DNA of 64,000 bases from positions 6,751-70,750 of the forward strand of contig CAZINZ010000003.1 of NCBI GenBank assembly GCA_964540715.1, given 5' to 3'. The notes beneath the pieces are model-generated. The model had not been told where the DNA came from, made no database searches, and saw only the letters and a list, made by a program, of their open reading frames with translations. The translations under genes were made by a program, and so were the position numbers. The stretch is from an uncultured Syntrophaceae bacterium. Its GTDB lineage: Bacteria > Desulfobacterota > Syntrophia > Syntrophales > UBA2210. Below, piece by piece: positions 24,815 to 34,490 of the stretch; the stretch's first letter is position 1; the number at the start of each line of letters is the position of its first letter.

Positions 24815-26380
24815 TTACTCGTTTTCCATTCCAAGCAGAGTCTTCATCTCGGAGTTACCCAGGATGAGTGAACTCAGCGCAAACACGACAAGCCCTACAG
24901 CCACCGCAACTGTCAGGAATAACAGCCTCTCTCCGAAGACCCCTTCGCCGTTCCATCCGAGAACACGATCTACTGCAATTATCGACAACGCCATGACCCC
25001 GGATGCCAGGATGGTCTTGAACACTGATGTCCAGAAAGACTTTTCAAGAAACCTTCCCACCTTCCTTCTCAACATGAAGGATAGGATAACGACATTGACC
25101 GCGGAGGCGATTGATGTGGCAAGCGCGAGTCCTGCGTGTTTCATGGGGAACATCAATATAATGCTCATTATAATATTCACAAGGAGCGCCGCAATCGCAA
25201 TCTTTACAGGAGTTCTGGTATCCTGCATGGCGTAAAAAGCGGATACGATAACCCTTATGCATGAAAAGGCCCACAGTCCGACGGCATAGTAAAGCAGGGC
25301 CCGGGCGGTAAAGACCGTTGATGCGGCATCAAACTCCCCGCGCTGAAAGAGCACGGATATGACAGGTACCCGAAGGACAATAAGGGCAAACATCGCCGGT
25401 ATGGTAACAAACAGTATCAGTCTCAGAGAGAATGCAATTGTTTTTTTCATTTCCTTATAATCTCCCCCGCCTGCCTGATCTGAAAAGCTGGGGAGCGCCG
25501 CCGTCCCAACCGCAATCGCGAACACACCGAGCGGGAGCTGCACCACCCTGTCGGCATAGTACAGGTACGAAACGCTGCCTTCCGGCAGAAACGACGCCAG
25601 GATAGTGTTTATAAATATACTTGCCTGATAGACAGCGGCGCCGAACACCGCCGGAATCATCAGGGTGCCTATTCTTTTGATTCCCGGATGGTTGAAATGA
25701 AAGTTCGGCCTCAACCTTGCGCCCACCTTGAGCAGAAACGGGAATTGCATGGCAAGCTGAAGTACCCCTCCCGCCATAACTCCCACAGCGAGAGATATTA
25801 TCGTATCCCTGAAACAGTCCTTCAGGAGAAACGCGGCGGCTATTATGGAGATATTAAGAATAACCGGCGCGAGGGCAGGGACCGCAAAGTGCCTGAAGGA
25901 ATTGAGGATGCCCATGCACAACGCTACGAGGGATATAAAAAATATGTAGGGGAACATCAAACGTGTGAGGAACACGGTGAGCGCGTACTTGTCCGGAACA
26001 TCAGTAAACCCGGGCGCAATTACCCTGACGATCCAGGGGGCAAGAAGTATCCCCGTAACCGTGAGCAGCGCAAGAATGATGGAAAGAAGCGTAAAGGCAA
26101 TACCCGCAAACTCAACGGCCTGTTTCTTTGATCTCCTGAGGTATCCGGTGAAAACCGGAATAAAGGCTATGGTGAGGGAACCTTCCGCAAACAGGCGGCG
26201 TAAAAGGTTTGGGATTCTAAAAGCCACAAAAAAGGCATCCGTGGCCGGTCCTGCTCCGAAAAACCCGGCTATTACCATATCCCGGATAAAGCCGAACACC
26301 CTGCTCAACAGGGTCGCAAGTCCGACAACCCACGCCGCTTTCACTACTCGGGTGTTTTCTGTTTCTTTTTGTGGGATCAA
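24815..26380 (-). CDS. murJ: Lipid II flippase MurJ (MviN)
   Basis: 521 aa, polytopic. The MurJ N-terminus reads LLSRVFGFIRDMVIAGFFGAGPATDAFFVAFRIPNLLRRLFAEGS. Confidence 0.93.
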   Translation of the reverse strand: MIPQKETENTRVVKAAWVVGLATLLSRVFGFIRDMVIAGFFGAGPATDAFFVAFRIPNLLRRLFAEGSLTIAFIPVFTGYLRRSKKQAVEFAGIAFTLLSIILALLTVTGILLAPWIVRVIAPGFTDVPDKYALTVFLTRLMFPYIFFISLVALCMGILNSFRHFAVPALAPVILNISIIAAAFLLKDCFRDTIISLAVGVMAGGVLQLAMQFPFLLKVGARLRPNFHFNHPGIKRIGTLMIPAVFGAAVYQASIFINTILASFLPEGSVSYLYYADRVVQLPLGVFAIAVGTAALPSFSDQAGGGDYKEMKKTIAFSLRLILFVTIPAMFALIVLRVPVISVLFQRGEFDAASTVFTARALLYYAVGLWAFSCIRVIVSAFYAMQDTRTPVKIAIAALLVNIIMSIILMFPMKHAGLALATSIASAVNVVILSFMLRRKVGRFLEKSFWTSVFKTILASGVMALSIIAVDRVLGWNGEGVFGERLLFLTVAVAVGLVVFALSSLILGNSEMKTLLGMENE

Positions 26381-26394
26381 ATTTCTGGCTTTAC

Positions 26395-27048
26395 TTATTT
26401 TTCCACCCTGTACTCATCAATAACGGTGTACCCGGCATCTTCAAGAACCCTGAAAAGCTCACCTGTGTTATCCGTACCAACTCTGACCAGAGTGGGGCGA
26501 ATATCGCCGTTATCCTGGTCTATGGTAGAAACCAGAGACACTATCCTCAGCCCCATATCGTTTATGATACTCGCTACCTTAGCTATTTCACCTATATTGC
26601 TTGAAAGCCGGAGTTCTAAACGGCCGCTCGGCTCACTACGCACCCCCATGAATTCAAGGAGAACATTCAGAAGATCACAGGTGGTGATCAGACCAACCAG
26701 TTCATCACCGGCCACAACCGGCAGGCTGTTGACATGTTTTTCATTTATCAGCCTGGCCGCCTCTTCAATAGTGGTGCCGGGTGTCGTTGTATGCACCTTC
26801 CTGGTCATAGCATCTTCTGTCTTCATCTCCGAAAGAAGATAATTAAGCTCGTGGACAGAAAGTGTGCTCGCCGGAGATGGCAGATTAACCCTGATATCTC
26901 TGTCTGTAATAATACCCACCAGCTTTTTTCCATCCACCACGGGAAGCTGATCGATCTTATATTGTTTTAAAAGATTCTTTACCTTGAGAATACTCGTATC
27001 CCCTGTTACCGTTTTCAGATCTCTTGCCATCTTTTTCCCTACAAACAT
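26395..27048 (-). CDS. CBS-pair + ACT domain protein (AcuB-like)
   Basis: 217 aa. Two CBS motifs (LPVVDGKKLVGIITDRDI, LPVVAGDELVGLITTCDL) are followed by an ACT-like C-terminus. Confidence 0.8.
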   Translation of the reverse strand: MFVGKKMARDLKTVTGDTSILKVKNLLKQYKIDQLPVVDGKKLVGIITDRDIRVNLPSPASTLSVHELNYLLSEMKTEDAMTRKVHTTTPGTTIEEAARLINEKHVNSLPVVAGDELVGLITTCDLLNVLLEFMGVRSEPSGRLELRLSSNIGEIAKVASIINDMGLRIVSLVSTIDQDNGDIRPTLVRVGTDNTGELFRVLEDAGYTVIDEYRVEK

Positions 27049-27087
27049 AGCTCAACCTCCGGCATTACACGTAGTCGTAGTATTTGT

Positions 27088-27600
27088 CTAAGAAGCAACC
27101 TTCGTCAATCTCCGTGTCCTTTTTTTCAGCCTGTTTATCCTTTTTCTGAAACGGTTAATCCCCCTTCTGTCCCCCTTCTCCATCAGTTCATCCCTTTTCT
27201 GTTTGAGAATCCCCATTTTTACTTTCAGCGAGGGCCCTGCCGTCACGGGTTTTTCAGGTACCTTTACGGTTTTCTTGTCAGGCTCCGCTTTGGCGGGCTT
27301 AGAAGAAACTTCATTTTCCACTGTCTCCGCGGACCCTTCGGGAGACTCTGACACCTTCTCTTCCGGCACCTTTTCTATTGTTTCGGAAGGAACATCTTCT
27401 ACCGTCTCCACGGGTTCATTGGGCGTCTCCGACACCTTTTCTTCCGGTATCTTTTCCACAACCTCACCCTGCACAGCCCTGATAGCGCTTACCAGGTCAG
27501 CCTTCTTCATTGTGCTGCGGCCCTCGATCTTCCCGGTATCTCGCGCAATCTCTCTCAGCTCTGCTACGGTATGTTCTTCCAAAGCCTTTTCATCTGTCAT
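27088..27600 (-). CDS. Rho_N/SAP-like domain protein with acidic PE-rich repeats and a basic tail
   Basis: 170 aa. TVAELREIARDTG...KKADLVSAI resembles the Rho N-terminal helix-extended-helix. It contains repeated EKxPEEKVSExP units. Function unknown. Confidence 0.6.
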   Translation of the reverse strand: MTDEKALEEHTVAELREIARDTGKIEGRSTMKKADLVSAIRAVQGEVVEKIPEEKVSETPNEPVETVEDVPSETIEKVPEEKVSESPEGSAETVENEVSSKPAKAEPDKKTVKVPEKPVTAGPSLKVKMGILKQKRDELMEKGDRRGINRFRKRINRLKKRTRRLTKVAS

Positions 27601-27954
27601 ATTGGTTCTTCCCCCTTCATAACTGAATTATCGCTGAACTTATAGCACAACGTGTCTCTTAAAATCAAATTAATCAGATGGTTGAAACCGGGAAAAACCC
27701 CGATAAGCGCTAACCATCAACCGGGTCCATCGGCAAAAAGCCGATTCCCCACGAAGCAGGCTTCAATTTTCAACTTTGAACTGTTGGTCTGAACAGCTAC
27801 ATTGGGATTGCTATTATTATGAAAAAATGTATAAATCCCCGTCAAACAATACAAGAATCCTGGAATCATCTCCCGATTAGTTATAGTTCCCTGAAGGGTT
27901 CAAGGAGCCGAAGACTCAGGGGATCAAGTGAAAGGCGTATTGGTCAATACGGTG

Positions 27955-27996
27955 GCACAACCCGCAACGCGCAACACGCAACCCGCAACACGCAAC
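27955..27996 (+). repeat. Six tandem heptamers (NCGCAAC)
   Basis: gcacaac ccgcaac gcgcaac acgcaac ccgcaac acgcaac. The array ends 6 nt before the hrpA ATG. Confidence 0.9.
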
Positions 27997-28002
27997 ACGT
28001 AA

Positions 28003-31000
28003 ATGAAATCATCTGATATAAAATCACTGCAAAAAAGGATTCGCTACGGCATTGAAAGGGCGCTTTACCCGGACAGGCGCACTATCACCGGAGAACTGCG
28101 TCTCATAAACAACGCCCTCCATAAAGGTGAAGATGGCGAAGAAACGCATGCAAAGCTCCGCAAACTGGAAAAGAAACTGAAGGGCTCCATCAGAAAGAGA
28201 GAGTCCCGCAGAAAACATCTGCCGGAAATTACCTATCCCGACTCCCTCCCCATAACAAAGAAAAAAGATGAAATTGTAGAGGCCATAAGAAACCATCCGG
28301 TTGTCGTTGTCACCGGAGAGACTGGTTCCGGAAAGACTACACAGCTCCCAAAGATGTGCATGGAGGCGGGACGCGGCATAGATGGAATAATAGGATGCAC
28401 CCAGCCTCGTAGAATCGCGGCTGTAACTGTTGCTCACAGACTCGCCGATGAATTGAAGGAAGATGTGGGAAGATCTGTCGGCTACAAAATACGATTTAAA
28501 GACATAACAAACAGAGACATTCACTTCAAGCTGATGACCGATGGCATCCTTTTGATGGAGACACAGTCAGACCCCAGCCTGAATAAATACGATACCCTGA
28601 TTATTGACGAGGCTCATGAGAGGAGCGCCAACATAGATTTTATTCTGGGTATTCTCAAAAGGCTTCTTGGCAGGAGAAGGGACCTTAAGCTTATAATAAC
28701 ATCAGCGACCATCGATCCGGAAAAATTCTCAAAGGCGTTCGATAACGCACCCATTATAGAAGTATCGGGACGGATGTATCCCGTAGAAGTTCGCTACCGG
28801 CCGATTGAATCGACGACAGGAGAAGACAGCGAGGCATCTCATATTGACGCGGCGGTTACGGCGGTGGATGAACTGAGCAAAGAAGGCCCCGGAGACATCC
28901 TCATCTTTATGCCGACCCAGCAGGATATCGTCGATACGTGCAGCATTCTCTCCGGAGGTAAAAATAGCAATTCAAACGTACTCCCACTCTTCGGTCGTCT
29001 TTCGTCCTCTGAACAACAGCGGGTATTCGCGCGAACAAGAAAAAGAAAGATTATTGTAGCTACTAACGTGGCCGAGACCTCCATTACCATACCCGGCATC
29101 CGCTATGTTATTGATACCGGCCTCGCAAGAATATCCGAATACAACCCCGGGACAAGAACCAGAAAGCTCCCCGTAAAGGTCATATCAAGAAGCAATGCCA
29201 TCCAGAGAAAGGGCAGGTGCGGAAGGGTACAGGACGGGGTATGCGTCCGTCTTTATTCGGAGGACGACTACGAAAAACGTCCCCTCTTCACCACTCCGGA
29301 GATACTCCGTTCCAGTCTGGCAGAGGTGATACTGAGAATGATCGCACTGGGAATGGGCAATATTTCTTCATTCCCCTTTATAGATTCACCTTCCGCGGGA
29401 AATATCAGGGAAGGATTCGCACTGCTACGGGAACTGGGCGCCACAAGATCTGATGGTGGAAAAGTCTTCCTGACAGGAATGGGAACTGCCATGTCGCGCC
29501 TGCCGATAGATCCAAGGCTTTCACGCATGATCATAGATGCCGGGGAGCAAGGGTGCATGGAGGAAGTGATTGTTATAGCCTCTGCTCTATCCATCCAGGA
29601 CCCCAGGGAACGACCTCTTGAAAAAGAGCAGGAGGCCGACAGGATTCAAAAACCCTTCGTAAATCCCGCCTCCGACTTTATAACACTTCTGAATATCTGG
29701 AACAGGTACCATGATGTCCACAAGGAATTAAAGACACAAAACCGGATGCGCAAATTCTGCAAGGAGCATTTCCTGTCATTCAGGAGGATGAGAGAATGGC
29801 GGGACGTATATGAGCAGATATCAACCATCCTTAAAGAAGCCGGGCACAAAAAGACAAAGAAAGCGCTGCAGGGTGAGCTGCTGTACGAAGGCATACACAG
29901 GGCAATCCTCGGCGGCTATATTTCAAGCATAGGTGTAAAAAAAGAAAAGAACATCTACCTGATGGCAAGGGGCAAGGAGGTCATGCTCTTTCCCGGTTCG
30001 GGTCTCTTCAACCGCGGCGGGGACTGGATAGTTTCGACTGAAATGGTTGAAACATCGCGGATGTTCGCCCGGATTAACGCCGTCATAAATCCAGAGTGGC
30101 TCGAGGAGGTCGGGGGAGAGCTCTGCCGCCGAAACTATCTCGAGCCGCACTGGGAAAAGAACCGCGGGGAGGTCGTCGCAAGCGAGCAGATAAAACTCTA
30201 CGGCCTTATAATAGTACCGGGAAGGCCCGTCTCATATGGACGCATATATCCCGCGGAGGCCACCGGTATATTTATTCGAAGCGCCCTTGTAGAGGGTAAC
30301 ATCAGGGACCCTCTTCCATTCCTTATACACAACCGGGATCTGGTTGAAGAAGTGGCCGGGATGGAAGACAAGATAAGGAAAAAAAATATCCTGGTAAACG
30401 AGGACCTCCTCACCGAATTCTACGAGGAGCGTATCGACATCGCTTACAACACCAGCACCTTGAAAAAACTTATAAAAGATAGGGGATCAGATGATTTTCT
30501 CCGGATGAGCAAAGATGATATCATGGAGTATCATCCGGGAGAAGAGCTTTCCATGTACCCTGACAAAATTACCCTGGGGAACAGGGTCCTGTCCTGCTCA
30601 TACAGTTTCGATCCGGGAGAACAGGATGATGGAGTAACATTACATGTCCCCTCTGATGCCGTCTCAACCCTCCCACTGGAATCAGCTGACTGGCAGATCC
30701 CTGCCCTCGTGAGAGAAAAAATAACCGCCCTCATAAAAGGCCTGCCCAAAGAATATAGAAAACAACTTGTCCCCATTCCACAAACAGTAGATAGCATTGT
30801 ACGCGACATTAAAGACTGCGACAGTTCAATCATCACTTACATGGCGCAGTTCATACATGAAAAATTCAACATCAATATACCGGCCGCGGCATGGCCGGTT
30901 GAAGGCATACCGGATTATTTAAAGATGCGCTTTTCTATCATAAACGAAAAGGGCGAGAAAATACTCTCCAGCCGTGATGTCCGTTCACTGCAGGAAAACC

Positions 31001-31938
31001 TGCCCGATAGCGGGGAATTCCCGGCGCTCAAAGCGGCAAAGACACAATGGGAAATAGAGGGGATAACCTCATGGGACTTTGTGGATATTCCCGAAAGCAT
31101 CATCCTGAATGGTAAAGGCGGGATTGAAGGACTGGCATACCCCGCCCTGGAGCGGGGAAATGATGGCAATATTAATTTACGCCTTTTCAGAGATACGAAA
31201 AAGGCGGAAACGGCACACGGAAAAGGCATCGCCGCGCTCTACGAATTACACTTCAGAAAGGATATGAAGTTCCTGAAGAAGTGTCTCGCGCTGCCTCAGG
31301 AGATAAAAATGGGTGCAAATTACCGCGGAGGAGCGCGACAGATAGAAAACGCTCTATACCTGAAAACAATATGCACTCTCTTTAAACGAAACATTAGAAA
31401 GCGAGAGGATTTTCTCGAATACGCGAAGTCTGCGGGTCGCGACATCCTCCCGGAGGGGCAGAAATTGCTGCAGAATGTTATACCGGCAGTGAAAATGCAC
31501 GGAAAAGTCAGCGAGATTCTTCACAAACTGGAGATCGTAAATATTACCAACAAGTCAGCAACGGATTTCATCGCCGCGCTTAGAAAAGATGTCAACCGGC
31601 TGATGCCGGAAGATTTTGTGGAAATTTATGAAGAAGAACGGTTGTCTGACATACCGAGGCATCTTCGTGCTATCATGATTCGAGCTGAAAGAGGCATGGC
31701 ACACATCGAAAAAGACAAGGTCAAGGCCGGCAAACTCAGTCCCTTTGACGACAAACGCGAAGAGATGCTCAAGGAAACCTACTCTTCATCTGAAGAGAAA
31801 AAACGGGCGGTGGAAGAGTACACGTGGATGGTGGAAGAGTACCGGATATCAGTCTTCGCACCGGAAATAAAGGCCCGGGGCTCCGTATCTCCCAAAAAAC
31901 TGAAAGAGAAGATAGCCGAGATTGAAAGGCAGTATTGA
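28003..31938 (+). CDS. hrpA: ATP-dependent RNA helicase HrpA (DEAH-box)
   Basis: 1311 aa with GETGSGKTTQLP, DEAHER, SATID and TNVAETSITIPG motifs, plus the long HrpA C-terminal region. Confidence 0.93.
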   Translation: MKSSDIKSLQKRIRYGIERALYPDRRTITGELRLINNALHKGEDGEETHAKLRKLEKKLKGSIRKRESRRKHLPEITYPDSLPITKKKDEIVEAIRNHPVVVVTGETGSGKTTQLPKMCMEAGRGIDGIIGCTQPRRIAAVTVAHRLADELKEDVGRSVGYKIRFKDITNRDIHFKLMTDGILLMETQSDPSLNKYDTLIIDEAHERSANIDFILGILKRLLGRRRDLKLIITSATIDPEKFSKAFDNAPIIEVSGRMYPVEVRYRPIESTTGEDSEASHIDAAVTAVDELSKEGPGDILIFMPTQQDIVDTCSILSGGKNSNSNVLPLFGRLSSSEQQRVFARTRKRKIIVATNVAETSITIPGIRYVIDTGLARISEYNPGTRTRKLPVKVISRSNAIQRKGRCGRVQDGVCVRLYSEDDYEKRPLFTTPEILRSSLAEVILRMIALGMGNISSFPFIDSPSAGNIREGFALLRELGATRSDGGKVFLTGMGTAMSRLPIDPRLSRMIIDAGEQGCMEEVIVIASALSIQDPRERPLEKEQEADRIQKPFVNPASDFITLLNIWNRYHDVHKELKTQNRMRKFCKEHFLSFRRMREWRDVYEQISTILKEAGHKKTKKALQGELLYEGIHRAILGGYISSIGVKKEKNIYLMARGKEVMLFPGSGLFNRGGDWIVSTEMVETSRMFARINAVINPEWLEEVGGELCRRNYLEPHWEKNRGEVVASEQIKLYGLIIVPGRPVSYGRIYPAEATGIFIRSALVEGNIRDPLPFLIHNRDLVEEVAGMEDKIRKKNILVNEDLLTEFYEERIDIAYNTSTLKKLIKDRGSDDFLRMSKDDIMEYHPGEELSMYPDKITLGNRVLSCSYSFDPGEQDDGVTLHVPSDAVSTLPLESADWQIPALVREKITALIKGLPKEYRKQLVPIPQTVDSIVRDIKDCDSSIITYMAQFIHEKFNINIPAAAWPVEGIPDYLKMRFSIINEKGEKILSSRDVRSLQENLPDSGEFPALKAAKTQWEIEGITSWDFVDIPESIILNGKGGIEGLAYPALERGNDGNINLRLFRDTKKAETAHGKGIAALYELHFRKDMKFLKKCLALPQEIKMGANYRGGARQIENALYLKTICTLFKRNIRKREDFLEYAKSAGRDILPEGQKLLQNVIPAVKMHGKVSEILHKLEIVNITNKSATDFIAALRKDVNRLMPEDFVEIYEEERLSDIPRHLRAIMIRAERGMAHIEKDKVKAGKLSPFDDKREEMLKETYSSSEEKKRAVEEYTWMVEEYRISVFAPEIKARGSVSPKKLKEKIAEIERQY

Positions 31939-31944
31939 TCAAAC

Positions 31945-32070
31945 GGTTCACGGTTACCGGTTCACGGTTTAAGGTATGAGGTATGGGGTATGAGGCGTGA
32001 AGTTCAGGGTTCAATTGTGAACCGTTCTTAACCGTAAACTGTGAACTGTGAACTGTGAACTGTGAACTGT
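31945..32070 (+). repeat. 126-nt heptamer-periodic palindromic element (18 consecutive 7-mers, ending in (gtgaact)x4)
   Basis: It parses cleanly into ggttcac ggttacc ggttcac ggtttaa ggtatga ggtatgg ggtatga ... gaactgt x4. It lies between convergent hrpA and the amidase gene. Its core is homologous to 57257-57309. Confidence 0.9.
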
Positions 32071-32073
32071 CGT

Positions 32074-34074
32074 TTACACGCAGGGTATCTTCAACTTCTG
32101 ACCGATATATATCCTGTCTCTTGACCTGATGTTATTGACCTTCATCAAAGCCCTTATCGTAGTGCCGTAATCCCCGGCGATGCTTTCCAGATTATCCCCC
32201 CGCTTCACCACATATACCACCGGCGCCATTGACACAGAATCTGCGCCGGATATCTTCAGTTTCTGACCAACATATATCCTGTTTTTTGACTTGAGATTGT
32301 TGGCCTTAATCAGGGTTCTTACAGTAGTGCCTTGACTTACGGCTATATTCTCCAGTATATCCCCCCGTTTCACAACATATACCGTTGGCGTCGCCGGAAC
32401 AGAATCCATGCCGGACATCTTCAATTTCTGTCCAACGTATATCCTGTTTTTGGATTTGAGGGTATTGACCTCTATCAGTGTCTTCATCGTGGTGCCATGC
32501 CTGCCGGCAATTCGCTCAAGCGTATCCCCTCTTTTGACAACATATACTGATGGCGACTGTGCCGGGGGTTCGGAAAATAACTTCAACTTCTGTCCTGCAT
32601 ATATCCTGTTTTTAGATCTGAGGTTATTGATCTCCATCAGTGTCTTCATAGTGGTGCCGTGCCTGCCGGCAATCCGCTCAAGCGTATCTCCTCTTTTGAC
32701 AACATATACTGATGGCGGCTGTGCCAGGGGTTCGGAAAATAACTTCAACTTCTGTCCTGCATATATCCTGTTTTTGGATTTGAGGTTATTGATCTCCATC
32801 AGTGCCTTCATTGTTGTCCCGTGCCTGCCGGCAATCCGCTCAAGGACATCCCCTTTCTTTACCGTGTAGGTGGCGGCATAACTCTTTTTTCCGGAAGGAG
32901 CAGTGGATCTCGGGGTAAGAGCCTCTTTACACCAGCTCCTGTGAGCAGCGTAGGGAAGCGGAAGGAACTTGTCAACAGCGTAGGCTATCGCCCAGGCGAT
33001 ATCAGTCTGATAGGAAGAACTCCGGAGCATGAGTTCTTCTCTCGAATTGGATATAAAGGCGGTTTCTACCAGCACGGACGTGACATCGGGAAGTTTAAGA
33101 ACCTTGAAAGGAGCCCTTTGTACTCTTGAAGACCTCAAATGATTTACCTGCCTCATCTTTGTCAGAGCGACAGCTCCGAATGCACTGGAACGGTTTATGG
33201 TCTCTGTCTGGATCATATTGAGGGTTATCGGATTGGACTCACCATTGCTATGCCCGTTCTCTGAACCACCCACAATGTCTGACATGTTCTCACTCTTCGC
33301 GAGAAGCTTTGCGGCCTCGCTGCTCGCCCCCCTGGTTGACAGACAATATACAGACGTCCCACGAACGCCCCTGCTCTTGCTGGCATCGGCGTGAATGCTG
33401 ATAAAAATATCAGCGCCGTATTCTTTCGCGATCCTGCCCCTGTCCTTCAACGATATAAAATAATCTCCCTTTCTCGTAAGAAAGGCTTCGTAACCCCTCT
33501 TTTTCAAGATCCTGTGCAGTTTTTTTGCTATACTAAGAACTACATTTTTTTCGAGCGTCCCCCTGTGGCCCACGGCGCCGGGATCTTCTCCGCCATGCCC
33601 GGGATCAATAACCACTATCTTTTTTTCCAGTATCTTGACCTTCTTCCGCTCCTCGCTCTCCTTTTTCTCCACATCCGGAAGCATGATGTCAATAACGATT
33701 CGATATGGTTTACTGAGTATTCTCTTAAGCTTAAATGCCTTCATTTCGACATTGTCCGCCACCTGCAATTCCACCCTGACACCCCCTTTGGGCAAAGAAG
33801 TCAGAATGACCTTTTTGACCGCAGGCTTATCAATGTCGTACGTATGGGGAATTCCTCCGGGGAGAACCGCGTCTTTCATATCGACATATATTTTGTAATC
33901 CTCCTGTGCAACAGTGTAAGAGGTCTCGCCACTCACATCGAGAACAACCCTCGTGTGATCCGGGGCTGTCCAGTGCCTGACATGGAGTACGGCAACTGAA
34001 CCGAATGCGTCCGGACAGACCGCTGTCACCAGTAGCAGAATCAAAAGAAAAACGATGTGGGTTATTTTTTTCAT
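32074..34074 (-). CDS. N-acetylmuramoyl-L-alanine amidase (AMIN + Amidase_3) with five C-terminal LysM repeats
   Basis: 666 aa. It has a signal peptide, an AMIN-like N-domain, VIDPGHGGEDPGAVG, and 5x YVVKRGDTLERIAG...NRIYAGQKLK. Confidence 0.92.
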   Translation of the reverse strand: MKKITHIVFLLILLLVTAVCPDAFGSVAVLHVRHWTAPDHTRVVLDVSGETSYTVAQEDYKIYVDMKDAVLPGGIPHTYDIDKPAVKKVILTSLPKGGVRVELQVADNVEMKAFKLKRILSKPYRIVIDIMLPDVEKKESEERKKVKILEKKIVVIDPGHGGEDPGAVGHRGTLEKNVVLSIAKKLHRILKKRGYEAFLTRKGDYFISLKDRGRIAKEYGADIFISIHADASKSRGVRGTSVYCLSTRGASSEAAKLLAKSENMSDIVGGSENGHSNGESNPITLNMIQTETINRSSAFGAVALTKMRQVNHLRSSRVQRAPFKVLKLPDVTSVLVETAFISNSREELMLRSSSYQTDIAWAIAYAVDKFLPLPYAAHRSWCKEALTPRSTAPSGKKSYAATYTVKKGDVLERIAGRHGTTMKALMEINNLKSKNRIYAGQKLKLFSEPLAQPPSVYVVKRGDTLERIAGRHGTTMKTLMEINNLRSKNRIYAGQKLKLFSEPPAQSPSVYVVKRGDTLERIAGRHGTTMKTLIEVNTLKSKNRIYVGQKLKMSGMDSVPATPTVYVVKRGDILENIAVSQGTTVRTLIKANNLKSKNRIYVGQKLKISGADSVSMAPVVYVVKRGDNLESIAGDYGTTIRALMKVNNIRSRDRIYIGQKLKIPCV
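32077..32868 (-). repeat. Tandem ~162-nt coding repeats (5 LysM modules)
   Basis: The period is seen directly (for example cttcaacttctgtcctgcatatatcctg at 32581 and again at 32743). Modules 1-3 are nearly identical at the DNA level. Confidence 0.9.
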
Positions 34075-34221
34075 TACGTTTCGGACGCCCCTCCTTCTCC
34101 CGTTTTCAGGACAAAAGTCTAACAGCTTTACCCTGAGTTTACAACCCTGTCCGGATTTCCATTAGGACATGCGCTCAAACTGTTAGTGGGATTATAATGC
34201 AGGGGTTTCCAAAAAAATCAA

Positions 34222-34250
34222 TTGATAATAATTCGATATTAGAATATTGT
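34222..34250 (+). promoter_or_regulatory. Possible sigma70-type promoter for the tRNA (TTGATA-17 nt-TATTGT)
   Basis: The -35 is at 34222-34227 and the -10 at 34245-34250. The tRNA 5' end lies 16 nt downstream. This is a pattern match only. Confidence 0.35.
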
Positions 34251-34266
34251 ACGGTGCTTTTAATAA

Positions 34267-34343
34267 GGGCGATTAGCTCAGCAGGATAGAGCACTGGCCT
34301 CCGAAGCCAAAGGTCGTGGGTTCGAATCCCACATCGCCCCCCA
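34267..34343 (+). tRNA. tRNA-Arg (anticodon CCG), CCA encoded
   Basis: Manual cloverleaf: acceptor GGGCGAT/ATCGCCC, D-stem GCTC/GAGC, anticodon loop CTCCGAA, T-arm GTGGG-TTCGAAT-CCCAC. Confidence 0.9.
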
Positions 34344-34490
34344 TGATAACAACATCAGCCACCATAACACAGGGTACGGGAGAGTGGTGTCTTTTGAAAT
34401 CAGTCCAACAGGATTAAATTACAGACGATACAGGGCTCCCCGGTTCAATTAATTAGAATCTGCCCCGGTCTCTCAATCACACAAAGGAAG

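Noticed and set aside
27952-27970. TGGCAC...GCAAC upstream of hrpA, resembling a sigma-54 -24/-12 promoter.
   Set aside because: The GG-to-GC spacing is 8 nt instead of the required 10. The GCAAC is part of the heptamer repeat.
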